Below the pieces are notes generated by a model that was not told the DNA's origin, searched no databases, and was given only the letters and a program-made list of their open reading frames with translations. 64,000 bases of DNA. Origin: Camelus dromedarius (Eukaryota). Position numbers and translations under genes: made by a program. The DNA is taken from the NCBI RefSeq assembly GCF_036321535.1, contig NC_087436.1:15500001-15564000 (forward strand), in the 5' to 3' direction. Positions 48,885 to 62,359 of the stretch are shown piece after piece. Within the stretch, counting starts at the first letter, position 1. Every line of letters begins with the position of its first letter.

Positions 48885-50245
48885 AATTTCAGTTCAGGAT
48901 AGTGACAAAGGAAGATCCTAAGCTCACCTCCTCTCTCAGACACACTAAATCTATAGCTACATATGAACAATTTCCTCTGGAAAAACAATAACTATCAAGC
49001 AACTCCTACACATCAGGTAAATGAGAAAAAAAAATCACACTGAAGTGGGTAGGAGAGGCTCAAAACCAATGGTGGTGTGGTAACCCGAAATCAGGAGGGA
49101 ACTCAAAACCCAGAGCTTCTCCCTGGGGAGCTAAGGGTTTGAACCCCATCAGGTACTTTTAACTTTTAATACCTGCATCTGAGACACATGAGCCACCCCA
49201 CCAGACATCTAGTTTGAAAACTAATGGGACTCACATCCATGAGACCTGCCAGGCTACAGTGATCTGAGAAACAACTCTTAAAATTGGGCTAGTTCATTCA
49301 GACTCACCCACCCCATATACCAGCAGAGAGGCAACCAATTGTGAAGTGTCCAGATCTTATGTGAAAGAAGCTTGTTTGATTATTAAAGCATTGGACTAAG
49401 GGGCAGACATCTAATTTAACACACATCTAAGGACCTACTGGGTTACTTTCCAAAGATGGAGGCAAGCAGGTGCATCTTTGTGCTCTTCTTCTTCCTACTC
49501 CAGCTCACTGGTATCACCCAGGAAGGAGAATGTGCCTTCCTCTGGTGCCCCAATTTTGTAGCTACCACTAAGGGACACCTCTAGATCACCTAGCTCTGGT
49601 GGCCAGCAGGATATATACATGTGGTCCCACAGGACTGTATATATTTGCATACTTTAAAAACGAACCTCAGAGTCTGGTTTCCAATCAGCCTGAACCTAGG
49701 CATTGATTGAGAACCTCCCCTTGGGCACAACTTCAACTACTGGGAGCCACTAAAACTAAAATAGGCTGCTTGAACAATCACAAAGGTTTGAGAGACAACC
49801 AAGAGCTAGATAGCTAAGGGCAGTGTTGAACAATAAGTTTCATGTCCCACACAAGGTCACTCCTTCAAGACTGAAGAAGCGGCTATTTTATCTAAAACAT
49901 AGAAACCAACACAGAAAGTCAAGAAAAAAGAAGAAACAGAGGAATACATTCCAAATAAAAGAACCAGATATAATCTGAGGAAAAGTTCTTAATGAAATGG
50001 AGATGTGATTTACCTAATAAAGAGATTTTCTTTTTAATGATCATAAAGATTCTCACTGAACTTAGGAGAAAAATGGATGAACACAGTGAGAACTACAAAA
50101 AAGAGATGGATAATATAAGGAAGTATCAAATAGAAGTCAAAGAGCTGAAGAATACAATAACTGAACTAAAAACCACACTATATACATTCAACAGCCAACC
50201 TAGAGGAAGAAAAGTCCTGTGGAACTCACTCAATCAGAACAGAAA

Positions 50246-50331
<86 letters not shown>

Positions 50332-53300
50332 AATCAAGATAGCTTAATGTACTTATGGGACAACATCAAGCACACCAATACTTACATAATAGGGGTCTCA
50401 GAAGGAGAAGAGAGAGAGAAAGGAGCAGAAAACTTATTTGAATAAATAATGACTAAAAAGTTCCTTAACCTGGGGAAGGAATAGACATCCAGATCCAGGA
50501 AGCCCACAGAGTTCCAAATAAGGTGAACCCAAAGAGACCTATACCAAGATATATCATAGTTAGAATGTCAAAAGTTAAAGACAAGGAGAAAATCTTAAAA
50601 GCAGCAATGGAAAAACAACTTACTACATTCAAGGGAACCCCCATAAGACTATCAGATTTTTCAGCAGAAAATTTGTAGGTCTGAAGGAGTGGCACAATAT
50701 ATTCAAAATGCTGAAAGGAAAAAACTTCCAATCAAGAATACTCTACCTGGCCAAATTATCATTCAGAATTGAAGGAGAGTTAAAGTTTTTCAGGCAGAAA
50801 AAGTTAAAAGGGGTTCATCACCACTAGGCCAGCCTTATAAGAAATGATAAAAGGACTTCTTTAAGCTGAAATGAAAGAGCACCTAAATATTTAACAAGAA
50901 AATATATTAAAGTATAAATCTCACTAATAAAGGTTAATATATAGTAAAATTCAGAAAAAATCTAATGTTGTAAGGGTGGTGGATCAATCATGTATAAGCT
51001 AGTACGAAAGTTAAAAGACAAAAGTAGTAAAAATGACTATAACTACAGTAATTACTTAAGAAATAACAAGATGTAAAATGTGTCATTAAAAACATAAATA
51101 TAGGCAGAGGGGAAGGTAAAAATACAGAGTTTTAGAATGCATCCAAATTTAAGCTGTTTATCAACTTAACATAAACTGTTATAAATATAAGTTGTTATTT
51201 GTAAACCTCATGGCAACCACAAAGCAAATACCTATAGTAGATATAGAAAATATAAAGAAAAAGGAATCTGAGTATATCATTATAGGAAATCATCAAGTCA
51301 CAAAAGAGAGTAAGAGAAAAAGAAACAGAGGAACTACAAAACAACCAGAAAACAATGATCAAAATCACAGTAAGTACTTACCTATGAAGAATTACTTTAA
51401 AGGTAAATGGACTAAATTCCCCAATCAAAAGACATAGAGTGGCTGAATGAATAAAGAAAACAAGACCCATCTATATGCCATCTATAAGAGATTCACTTCA
51501 GATGTAAGGACACACATAGACTGAAAGTAAAGGGATAAAAAATATGTTCCAGGGAAATGAAAACCAAAATAAAGCAGAGTAACTATATTTATATCAGACA
51601 AAATAGACCTTAAAACAATGACAGTAATAAGAGGTAAAGAAGGGCATTACATCAAGATAAAGAGATCAATCCAAAAGAGAATGTACAATTTGTAAATTTT
51701 TGTGCACCTAAGATAAGAGTACTTAAACATATAAAGTAAGTATTAACAGACCTAAAGGGAGAAATAGCAATACAATAATAGTAGGGGACTTTAATACTCC
51801 ACTTTCATCAATGGATAGATCATCCAGTTGAAAATAAATAAGGAAACGTCAACCTAAAACAACATGTTAGGCCAGACGAATTTAACAGATACATAGAAAA
51901 CATTCCACATAAAAGCAACAGAATACACATACTTTTCAAATGGACATAGAACATTCTCCAGAATAGATCGTAAGTTAGGCCGCAAAACAAGTCTTAATAC
52001 ATTTAAGAGGACCGAAATCATATCAAGCATCTTCTCTGACCACAGTGTTATGAAACTAGAAATCAATTGTAAGACGAAAACTAGAAAATTCACAAATATG
52101 TGGAGATTAAGCAACATGCTACTGAACGACCAATGGGTCAACAAGGAAATCAAAAGAGAAATGAAAAAATATGTTAAGACAAATGAAAATGGAAATATAC
52201 CAAAATTTATAGCATGCAGGAAAGTAGTTCTAAGAAGAAGCTCATAGCAATAAATGCTTAAAGAAGAAATAAGAAAAATTGCAAACAACCTAACTTTACA
52301 TCTCAAGGAACAAGATAAAGAAGAACAAATGAAATTTAAAGTTAGTAGAAGGAAGGAAATAACAAAAATCAGAGTGGATATAAATGAAATAGAGACAAAA
52401 AAAAAAAAAAGCCCCCACAATAGAAATAGAAAATATCAATGAAACTCAGAGCTAATTCTTTGAAAAAATAAACAAAATTTACAAACCTTTACTTAACAAG
52501 AGAAAAAGAGAGGACTCAAATAATATCAGAAATGAAAAAGGAGACATTACAACTGACACCAGAAAAATTTAAACCATCATAAGACTCTTATGAACAATTA
52601 TATGTCAACAAATTGGACCACCTAGAAGAAATGATAAATTACTAGAAATATATAACCTACTAAGACTGAATCATGATGAATTAGAAAATCTGAACAGATT
52701 ACTAGTAAGGAGATTGAATCAGAAGTCAAAAACCTCCCAACAGAGAAAAGTCCAGGACCAGACAGCTTCACTGGTGAATTCTACCAAACATTTAAGGAAG
52801 AATTAGTACCAATCCTTCTCAAACTCTTCCCAAAAAGTAGAAGAGGAGGCAACACATCAAGACATTTTCTGGGACCAGGATACAAACTGGAAAGGAAGAA
52901 GTGAAACTGTCACTACCTGCAATGACATGATATTATGTGTAAAAACATCCTAACAACTCCACCAAAAGACTATTAGAATTAATAAATAAATTTAATAAAG
53001 ATGTAGGATATAAGCCAATATACAAAAAAAAACTGTTGCATTTCTATATACTAATGATGAACTGTCAGAGAGAGAAATTAGGAAAACAATTCCATTTACA
53101 ATTGCATTAAAAAGAATAAAATATCTAGGGATAAATACAACTAAGGAGATGAAACACCTGTACACTGAAAACTATAAGACGTTGATGAAAGAAACTGAAG
53201 AAGATACAAATGGAAAGAAACTCTGTGCTCATGGATTGAAAGAGTAAATATCATTAAAATGTCCACACTACCAAAGCAGTCTACAAACTCAATGCAATCC

Positions 53301-55010
53301 CTGTCAAAATTCCAATGGCATCTTTCAGAGAAATAGAACAAATAATCCTAAAATTCAAATGAAACCACAAAAGAAACTGAATAGCCACAGCAATCTTGAG
53401 GAAGAACAACAAAGCTGGAGGCATCACACGTCCTGATTTCAAAATATATTATAAAGCTATAATAATGAAAACAGTATGGTATTAGCACAAAAACACACAC
53501 ATAGACCAATGGAACAGACAGCCCAGAGGAAAAAAACACACAAATATCTTCAATTAATTTATGACAAAGGAGCTAAGAATATACAATGAGTAAAGGACAG
53601 TCTTTTCAATAAATGGTGTTGGGAAAACTGGACAGTCACATAAAAAACAATGAAACCACATCATTATCTTACACCATACATGAAAATGAATCAAATAAAA
53701 ATGGATCAAAGACTTGAATGTAAGACCTGAAACCATAAAACTCCTAGAAGAAAACATAGACTGTAAGCTCCTTGGCAGCAGTCTTGGCAATGACTTTGTA
53801 GATCTGACACCAAAATCAAAGGCTACAAAAGCGAAAGTAAACAAGTGGGACTACCTCAAACTAAAAAGCTTCTGCTCAGAAAAGGACACCATCAACAAAA
53901 TGAAAAGGCAAACTACTGAATGGGAGAACATAGTTGCAAATCTGATAAAGGGTTAATATCCAAAATATATAAAGAACTCATACAACTCAATAGCATAAAA
54001 AGAAACAACCCAATTAAAAAATGAACAAAGGACGTGAATAGACATTTTTCCCAAGAAGACCTATACATGGCCAATAGGTACATGAAAAGGTGCTCAACAT
54101 GACTAATTATCAGAGAAATACAAATCAAAAGCATAATGAGTTATCACGTTACACGTGTTAGAATGGCCATCAAAAGACAAGAAATAACAAATGTTGGAGA
54201 GGATGTGGAGAAAAGGGAACCCTTGTGCACTGTTGGTGGGAATGCAGATTGGTTCAGCCAATACAGAAAACAGTACGGCGTGTCTTCAAAAAATTAAAAA
54301 TAAAACTATCATTGATCCAGCGATTCAACTTCTAGATATCTATCCAAAGAAAATGAAAACAATAACTCAAAAAGATATATGCACTCCCATGTTCACTGCA
54401 GCATAACTTACAATAGCCAAGACACGGAAGCAGATTACATGTTCATCAATAGACGAATGGAGAAAGAAAATGTGGTGTATATATACAGTGGAATATTATT
54501 CATCTATAAAAAATTAAATTTTGCTATTTGCAACAACATGAATGTAACTTGGAGGCATTATGCTAAGTGAAATAAGTCAGAGAAAGACAAATACTGTATG
54601 ATTCTCATTTATATGTGGAATATATAAAACAAAAACAAATCCTGAGCTCATGGATACAAAGAACAGATTGGTAGTTGCCAGAGGCAAGGGTTGGTGGTGG
54701 GAGGAACAGGTGAAAGGAGTCAAAAGATACAAACTCCCCCTGGTAAGTCCGAGGGATGTAATGTACAACATGGTAATGATATTTAACAATGTTGTGTTGC
54801 ATATTTGAAAGTGCTAAGAGAGTAGATCTTAAAAGTTCTCATCACAAAAAAAAAACTTTTATAACTACATACAGTGATGGATGTTAACTACACATTATAT
54901 ATATATAGTGATCATTTTGTGATATATGCAAATATTGAATCATTATGCTGTACACCTGAAACTAATACAATGTTATATATCAGTTATACCTCAATTTTTT
55001 AAAAACTTTA
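48885..55010 (+). mobile_element. Near-full-length degenerate L1 with L1MA9-like 3' UTR: 5' UTR, ORF1 (about 49900-50870), ORF2 (about 51370-54470, internal RT deletion)
   Basis: ORF1 remnants such as IKILTELRRKMDEHSEN and gacatccagatccaggaagcc, endonuclease motifs gtaggggactttaatactccact and tctgaccac, ORF2 C-terminus, and 3' UTR gagagtagatcttaaaagttctcatcac. Many stops and frameshifts. Possible degenerate TSD aaaga....tatttga. Confidence 0.92.
50243..50333. repeat. (AAAT)n microsatellite, about 22 units, inside L1 ORF1
   Basis: Seen directly, with one interruption. Confidence 0.95.
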
Positions 55011-55921
55011 AAAGAATAGTATTTGACTAAAACCTTGATGGAGTTTGTAGATTTTTAATAAATCAAGATTGGTAAGGAAAACATCTCCTATAAAAAAGAA
55101 TGTCAACAATGACATAGAGCTAAAGAGCTATATTCAAGGGATGAGAAATAGCCCAGGTGGACCGAAAAAAAGTGAAAAACCAACAAACAGCTTTGCAGGA
55201 ATTCATATAGACTAGGAATACCCAGCTAGGATGTGCTATTATCGCCATGTCCCGGGCTGGGTATATATAAATCGCTAAGCTGCTGAGATTGGTTTTTATG
55301 TGTGATTTGTAGAATGTCTCATTGTTTTGTGCTCACAGCTCTTAATGTGACAGCCACAAAGCCCAGTCCTCACTTTCTCTCTGAGGGAAGATGACTGCTG
55401 CATCCACAAATATTTTTTAAAGGTCCCATTCTCGTAGCCCCTCCTGATATCAATTGGTCCAGTCTTTTGTTAACATATTCTTCAAGCTTTCATGACATCT
55501 GAGGGTGTTTTTTTTTTTTTTTCCTTCCTCTCTTCACAGGAGTTACCCATTCTAACTGATCAGTAATAACCTTTTTTTAAAAAAAGGTGTTCTTATAGTC
55601 TTGCCATTTATCTTTCGGATTTCTCATAAATTGCATCCTCTTCATGCTTTACTACATACATTTTACACTGGATGTTTTATCCTCAGTCCTAGGCAACCAA
55701 ATGACACATTAAACTCTCAGATACTTAGGAAACCTACAGCCAGTTTCAAGAGCTTTCTCTGAGTAGGCAGAGAGAGATTACAATTAAGCTGCTATGTGGA
55801 GCTTTTAAAAAGAAAATTTCAACATAAAATTATACCCACAGTGAATTCTTGATTTTTCATAGAATGAAATTGTACGAATAATTGAAATCCACAGGTTATC
55901 CTCATGAAATCTGGTTTCCTC

Positions 55922-56261
55922 TGTCTTAGTCCTCTTGGGCTGCTACAACAAAATACCACAGACTGGGTGGCTTAAAAACAACAGAAATCTATTTCTCACA
56001 GGTCTGGAGGCTGAAATTCTGAGATCGAGGTGCCGGAGTGGTTGGGAGAGAGCCTTCTTCTGGGTAGCAGACTTCTCATTACATCTTCACATGATGGAAG
56101 AGACAGAGTTCCCCCAGGTCTTTTTTATAAGAGCACTAATCCTATTCACGAGGGCTTCACCCTTATGATGTCATCACTTCTCAAAGGCTCCACCTTCAAA
56201 CACCATCACACTGGGGATTAGGTTTCAACATATTTTGGAGGGATGCATTCAAACCATAACA
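55922..56261 (-). mobile_element. MLT1A-like MaLR solo LTR
   Basis: tgtcttagtcc...aaaataccacagactgggtggctt...aagagcactaatcctattcacgagggc...cattcaaaccataaca. Confidence 0.9.
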
Positions 56262-56671
56262 CCTTCTGTGCCGTTAGCCCTCATTTCCTACCTTAATTCC
56301 CACTCCTGTGATTCACAACTCTGATCATCCAAATTCTGGAAAGGTGACAGGACAATAAAATTCACTGTTGTAGTTAGAAAAGGGATTATTGTTTATATAT
56401 CAAATGTACCCATATGAAGAATCAGAGGAACTCACTTTAGAACCCAGACTCATATCTAAGTATATGAGTCCTGGAAGTTATTCAGCAGGACTTTTTATTC
56501 AGTTGAAAAATAAAAGCAGATTATCAGATTGAAACAATGATCAAAGGAAAGCATTAAAAAAAAAAAAGCAGTCCTTCCATCAAATACAAAAATCAGTTTG
56601 AAATATGTGCTGAAAACTCAAGAATGAGGACTAGTTGGAGACACGTGTGCCGGGTGGGGCTCAGCGTAAAA

Positions 56672-56848
56672 CAGTGGTTCACAAAATGAGCATCCTCCCC
56701 TCCCATAGCAGCATCAGCATCACTGTGAACTTGTTAGAAGTGGAAATACTTTGGCCAATCAGAAACGCTGGGGGTTAGCACCCAGCCATTTGTGTTTTCA
56801 CAAGCCTGCCAGGTGATTCTGATGCACAGTGAGGTTTGAGACCCACTG
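56672..56848. mobile_element. MER5A hAT-Charlie MITE
   Basis: cagtggttc...gcagcatcagcatcac...ccaggtgattctgatgcac...gagacccactg; 8-bp TSD gcgtaaaa / atgtaaaa. Confidence 0.85.
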
Positions 56849-57734
56849 ATGTAAAATACAGGGGAAATATTTAAAGAGTGACTCTTCATCATACCTAATT
56901 TACATTCCTCTAATTCTAAAGAGCCATGGGATTTTGCTCCCTGCAGCTTAACTATGATTTTGCAAAGTGAAAACTATAAGATCTAGCCTAAAGAAAGGCA
57001 TGTATGATGTCCTGTTATCAAAAACAATTCCTGATCTAAGCTGCTCTCGATCTCAGCCATCAGGGCTTAACTCTGGGACATAAAAACACACAACCTTTCT
57101 TATCCCTCCCTTTATCCTCTACTTCCCCTTACCTCCCTTCAGGCTTTTCTGTGTCCACAGTCTTTGACAATGAATTTCTGTTCCTAACTCTTTTCCCAGA
57201 ATTTGTGAATGTATAATTGATGAACAGTGAAATACCCAAAGCTAAGTAGCTTTAGAAAAAAAGTAAGGGATGTTATCTGCAGCCTGGCTATTCAGTTCAG
57301 CAATCTAAAGAATTCCATTTTTTATTCTAGGCTTGTTTACAGTTATTTAGCATATTTCATTTGCAAGTATTTTTCTTTTTGAATACGTTTTGTGGAGTCA
57401 GGATATGATGCCTTTACAATAAAATAATTGCCATTATTTTTCAGAGAGGCATATGATACAGTTATAAAGATAATAGCATAGACTAGCAATGATTAGCATT
57501 AATCATTTAAGAGCTCTTTTAAAAATATATAAATCCTTGAAGTTGGACTCTCTCTAATATCACTAAATTTGGGGGAAGGAAAGACATTGAATTAGAAATA
57601 CTGGGAGACATGCTTCTTTTCCCTTTTCTTAACTGTACAAGCTGTCTTTTACTATACTAAGTGAAGCAAATACACAGTGATCATCACACAATGAACTGTT
57701 GCTTACTTTTGAAATGGTGGAAATCTTTCTAGCA

Positions 57735-57921
57735 CAGTAGTTCTCATCCTTCATTGCATATTAGAATCGTCTGGAGAGCCTTTAAGACTATCAGTGAATG
57801 CCAAGGCTATATCCCAGAACAATTAAATAAAGATCTCTGGGGTGGGAACCAGATATCACTTTTTTTACAGCTTCTCCACCTAATTACCTAATTCCACGGC
57901 AGTCATAGATGAGAACCACTG
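57735..57921. mobile_element. MER5B-like hAT MITE
   Basis: cagtagttctca...attagaatcgtctggagagc...tgagaaccactg. Confidence 0.75.
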
Positions 57922-58304
57922 TTAAGTTGATCAAGGTCCTTTTACAGAAAGGATTACATTTGATGTGACTAACACTAGACACAGTATTTGACAATAAGTA
58001 TGAGGCACCTATTGGTGGTTATTACTGGTTATGAAATCCTTATTTCACATCACATCATTTATTCAAAAATCTTCAGTGGCTATAAAAAATTTAATTTGAA
58101 ACCTATCAAACACCTAAAACTCTTTTAAAAAAATAAGAGAAAAATTAAAAATTAAAATTAAAAAATATATATACACATACATTATATAGATATCTGTATG
58201 TATGTGTAAGTGTAGACACATTTACAGATACACCTGTGCATGTAAATATGTACATATACATATTTGTAATACATATGTATTAACATATAACAATACATTG
58301 TAAA

Positions 58305-59040
58305 AAAAATAGGAGAAAGTCTTCATGACATTGGATTTGGCAATAATTTCTTGGATATGACACAAAAAGCAAGGCAACAAATGTGAAAATAGATAAATTG
58401 GACTACATCAAAATTTAAAACTTTTGTGCATCAAAGGACGTAATCAATGGACTGAAAGGCAACCTACAGAATGAGAGAAAATATTTGCAAATTATATATC
58501 TGATAAAGGGTTAATACCCAGAGTATAAAGAGGGCTGCCATAACTCAACAACAGAAAAATAACCTGATTAAAACGTGGGCAAAGGACTTCACTAGACATT
58601 TGTCCAAAAAAGATATACACATGGTGGCCAACAAGCACATGAAAAGATGCTCAACATCACTAATCATTAGGGAAATGAGAATCAAAAGCACAATGAGATA
58701 CCACCTCACACTCATTAGGATAGCTATTATTAAAAAAAAATCAAAAACAGGAAATAACAAGTGTTGGCAAGGATATGGAGAAACTGGAACCCTTGTACAC
58801 TGTTGGTGGGAATGTAAAATGGTGCAGTTGCTGTGGAAAACAGTTTAGCGGTTCCTCAAAAAATTAAAAATAGAACTACCATGTAATCCGGCAATTCCAC
58901 TTCTGGGCATATACCCAAAAGAATTGAAAGCAAGATCTCAAAAAGATTTTTGTACACCCATGGTCATAACAGCATTATTCACAATAGCCAGAAGGTGGAA
59001 GCAACCCAAATATCCATTAACCAATGAATGGATAAACAAA
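58305..59040 (+). mobile_element. Older L1 ORF2 C-terminal fragment
   Basis: Translates to [36 protein letters not shown]...[19 protein letters not shown]. Confidence 0.9.
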
Positions 59041-59179
59041 CTATGGAAAAGGTACTCATTTATGTTCTGAGTACATGGCAAACTCAACAGAGCATCATTG
59101 TTATTAGTATATTAGTATTGTTGTTCATAGCACCATATTTATTGAGTGCTCACTGTGTGCTCAGTAGAATGCTATGCAT

Positions 59180-59571
59180 TATGGCGGCCCAGGTCCTCCT
59201 CTCAGATCTCCAACCACATTGATCTGGGACTCAGCTACTGGGCTCTGAAATGATGTCCTGTTTGGGCCAAGCTTCTCGTGGGCTGTTCCATGGTAGAGAG
59301 TCAAAGGCAGCCCCGGTCCTAGAGACTCCTGACTCCCCTGGCAGGCAACTAACCAGCACCCTTGCCAAAACTTCCGTAGCCCACACGGTGGTCTAGGATG
59401 CGCCCCTCAACCTGCCTTCCTTCTCTACCTCACTCCCTGTCAGACCCGGCATTGTAGTCTGAGGGCTCTCCCCACCCTTCCCAGTTTCCTTTCTATCTTC
59501 TCTCACAGGGGAAATCTAAAAAATAGTCCTTACATCTTTAATCCTGCTTCTTGCGGAACCTGGCCCAACAC
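59180..59571 (+). mobile_element. LTR16C-like ERVL LTR nested in a minus-strand MIR (about 59110-59730)
   Basis: cccttgccaaaacttcc...ggtctaggatg...gagggctctccc...cttcttgcggaacctggcccaacaca; the MIR resumes on both sides. Confidence 0.6.
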
Positions 59572-60217
59572 AATAAATGCATTATTTCGTTCAATTTGTA
59601 TAACTGTCATACCATGATCGCCTCCACCTTATAAATAGGAAAATTGTAGTTTAGAGAGGTCAGAAGTGGTGGGATCAGGATTTGAACTCTAGTCTTTCTG
59701 ACTCTAAAACCAACACTTCAACCAGCACATGAGAAACAAATATTAATGTAGATGATTCCTTCATTTGCTAAATATGGGTGTGTGTTTTACTTTGGAAACA
59801 ATGTTCTAAATATAGAAAAATACAGAGAATAGTATAATAAATACCCACATACCTATTACTCAGAATTTTAAAACAATGATTGAGTTTTTTTTAAAAAAAA
59901 AAAAAAGCTCTTGATTTTTAAATACATTTAAGTAATAAAACAGTACACTTAACTACTACAGACAGAACACCCAGCCCCAGGCCCATTTCTTTTCCTTTCT
60001 CCCCACAGAAATAACATTTTCATGATTTTGCTGTGTGTCCTTCCATTCCATAGTTTTCATACTGTTAATACATACATTTGTATTTATAAAAATATATTAT
60101 ATTTGTATTTCCAAATTTTCCATTAATGGATGCATACTTTCTGTACGTCTTTTTTGTAGCCTAGTTCTTTAACTATAGACTAATTTTTAAAATCGGTTCA
60201 TGTTCATTCTTCTAAAC

Positions 60218-60432
60218 CAGTGGTTCTTAACAGGAGGCAATTTTGCCTCCCCAGGGGACATCTGGGGAGATGTTTTTGGTTGTCACAACAGGGAAGGAGG
60301 AAGAGAGGCTACTGGCATCAAGTTGGTAGAAGCCAGGGAAACCGCTAGACATCCTACAAGGCACAGGACAGCCCCCCAGAGCAAAGAATTACTGGTCTAA
60401 AATGCCAATAGTGCCAAGGTAGAGAATCCCTA
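60218..60432. mobile_element. MER20 hAT-Charlie MITE
   Basis: cagtggttcttaac...ttttgcctccccaggggacat...tttttggttgtcacaac...gcacaggacagcccc...aatagtgccaagg. Confidence 0.9.
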
Positions 60433-60440
60433 ATCCAAAC

Positions 60441-60619
60441 CAGTGATTCTCAAAATGTGGTCCCTGATCAGCAGCATCAGCATCACCTGGGAACTTCTTA
60501 GAACTTCTAGGACACTGCCCCTCGCCCAGTGAATCCGAAACTTAGGGGGTGGAGCCCAGCAACTATGGTTTTACAAGCCCTCCAGGTGATTCTGAGGCAC
60601 ACCGAAGTGAGAACCACTG
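60441..60619. mobile_element. MER5A hAT-Charlie MITE
   Basis: cagtgattctcaaaatgtggtccc...cagcagcatcagcatcacctgggaact...ccctccaggtgattctga...gagaaccactg. Confidence 0.9.
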
Positions 60620-60752
60620 AGCTAAACTACTAAATAGCATTCCGCTGTACAGAAGCACCCCAATTAATTTATCTTGGCACCATTTCACATTTATTAGGCA
60701 ACACAGTGTTCTTTGTACTGTGACGCTCCTTTGTCTTCCTATGCTAATACCC

Positions 60753-61377
60753 TGTTACCGAACCAAACTTGAGTCTGCTTGCGCCTGCGCAGTAAAGCCA
60801 ACCTACTGACCCCGGGTTGTGGTGAAGTGCAGCGTTTTGTTGCAGGGCACCCAGCAAGGAGTCCAGGCAGCTAGTGCTTAAAAGACCCAAACTCCTCGAA
60901 AGCTTTCAGGGAAAGGCTTTCAAAGACAGGGTTAAGGAAGGGGCATTGTGGGGAGTGTGATCCGCTCATGAGCATTCTTCTGATTGGTTGGTGGTGAGGT
61001 AATTGAGTGTCAACATCCTCAACCTTCTGGTTCCAACCGGCCTGGGAGCTACGTGCTTGTGGGCAGCATACAGTTTACTTCTTCCACCTGGTGGGAGTTT
61101 CAGTATTTGTAAAACAATTCAAAGGACAGAATATTATCTACAGTCCTTAAGCAGGAACTAAAGGTCCTTGAATTTGTTTAATGGCTAAACTAGTATTATT
61201 TTGTCTTGCTTGACTGTTTTCCTTTTTCCTGCATTATTTCACTTCCCAGATTAAATGTACTCTTTGGAACTCAGGGAAGCCTAGGAGACTAAAGGTTTAC
61301 TGTAGACAAGAGGCAGGTAGAGGACATGAGGGTGGAGTCTGTTCCAGGAAGGTCCCATAGGGTCCTGCTCGGTTACA
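60753..61377 (-). mobile_element. ERV1 solo LTR, MER41-like (cetartiodactyl type)
   Basis: TG...CA termini with inverted ends tgttaccga / tcggttaca, and 4-bp flanks accc / cccc. The minus strand starts tgtaaccgagcaggaccctatgg and has a CCAAT box (ccaatcagaag). Confidence 0.8.
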
Positions 61378-61399
61378 CCCCTTAACAAACTCAAGTGGA

Positions 61400-61640
61400 T
61401 ATTTTAGTAGTAACAAACATCTATTGAATGCTGGCTATGTGCTTGGCATTATTCTAAATGTTTTTCATCTATTAATTACTCATAAAAATCCAGGGAGTAC
61501 GTACCAGTATTATCCAATTTCACAGCTGTAAATTAACTAGTTAAGTAAGTTGTTCAAGGTCACACAACAAAGTATCTGGCTGAGCTAGGATTTGAAGCCA
61601 GTCTGTCTAGGACTAAAGCCTGTTTCCTTACCATCACACA
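61400..61640 (-). mobile_element. MIR remnant
   Basis: catctattgaatgct...gttaagtaagttgttcaaggtcacaca...ctaggatttgaa. Confidence 0.75.
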
Positions 61641-61964
61641 TACTCTCAAAAACATAGGCCATACCATTTCGGCTTAATTTCTAGAACCCAGTATAATGGC
61701 TGGTGCGTCCAAACATCTAACAGAAATCAATGTGAGAATGAGAGAAAAGGGTGCAGTGAAGATGGAATCTAATCTCCATCTGACATGTTTCCAACAAGCA
61801 CAGAAACCACGTTTTCTCTGAAATACCTCAAAGCACCTGCTCCAGCCGTATATAAGGCATTTATACTTATATCACTAAAGTGTAAACTGCACAAAATTTG
61901 GAGGAAGAATCTGGCTTCTCAATACTTTTTTTTAAACTAAAAACAGGATTTGAAATCAGATTGA

Positions 61965-62112
61965 GAGGAGGGAATAGCTCAGTGTAGAGTGCATACCTAG
62001 CATGAACAAGGTCCTGGGTTCAATCCCCAGTACCTCCAATAAGAATAAATAAATTAATAAAAACCTAATTACTCCCCCACAAAAATCAAAAATAAAAAAC
62101 TTAAGGAAAAAA
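61965..62112 (+). mobile_element. Vic-1-type tRNA-Ala SINE
   Basis: ggagggaatagctcagtgtagagtgcatacctagcatg...gtcctgggttcaatccccagtacctcca; perfect TSD gaaatcagattga at 61952-61964 and 62113-62125. Confidence 0.9.
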
Positions 62113-62359
62113 GAAATCAGATTGACTTCTGGCCTAAGCACATGAAAAATAGATGCTACAATCTTAATGGTATTTTTAATCCTACCCAAAAGAAAAATCC
62201 CTAAAGAAGGACCTTTAAACCTTTTCTGTGGTTTTAACTTTTCTTGAGTGTCACATTCTAAGTGGCATGAAAACTTTAGTGAGTTTTATCCTAAAATATT
62301 CAGGGCGACACTAGGCATGCAACCTATCAGGCCTGAGAGCACTGCTTCTGCCTTTAAAG

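Noticed and set aside
51854..54802. Hydrophobic, membrane-protein-like minus-strand ORFs (also 24493, 44138, 63449 and 63610)
   Set aside because: They are antisense translations of A-rich L1 sequence.
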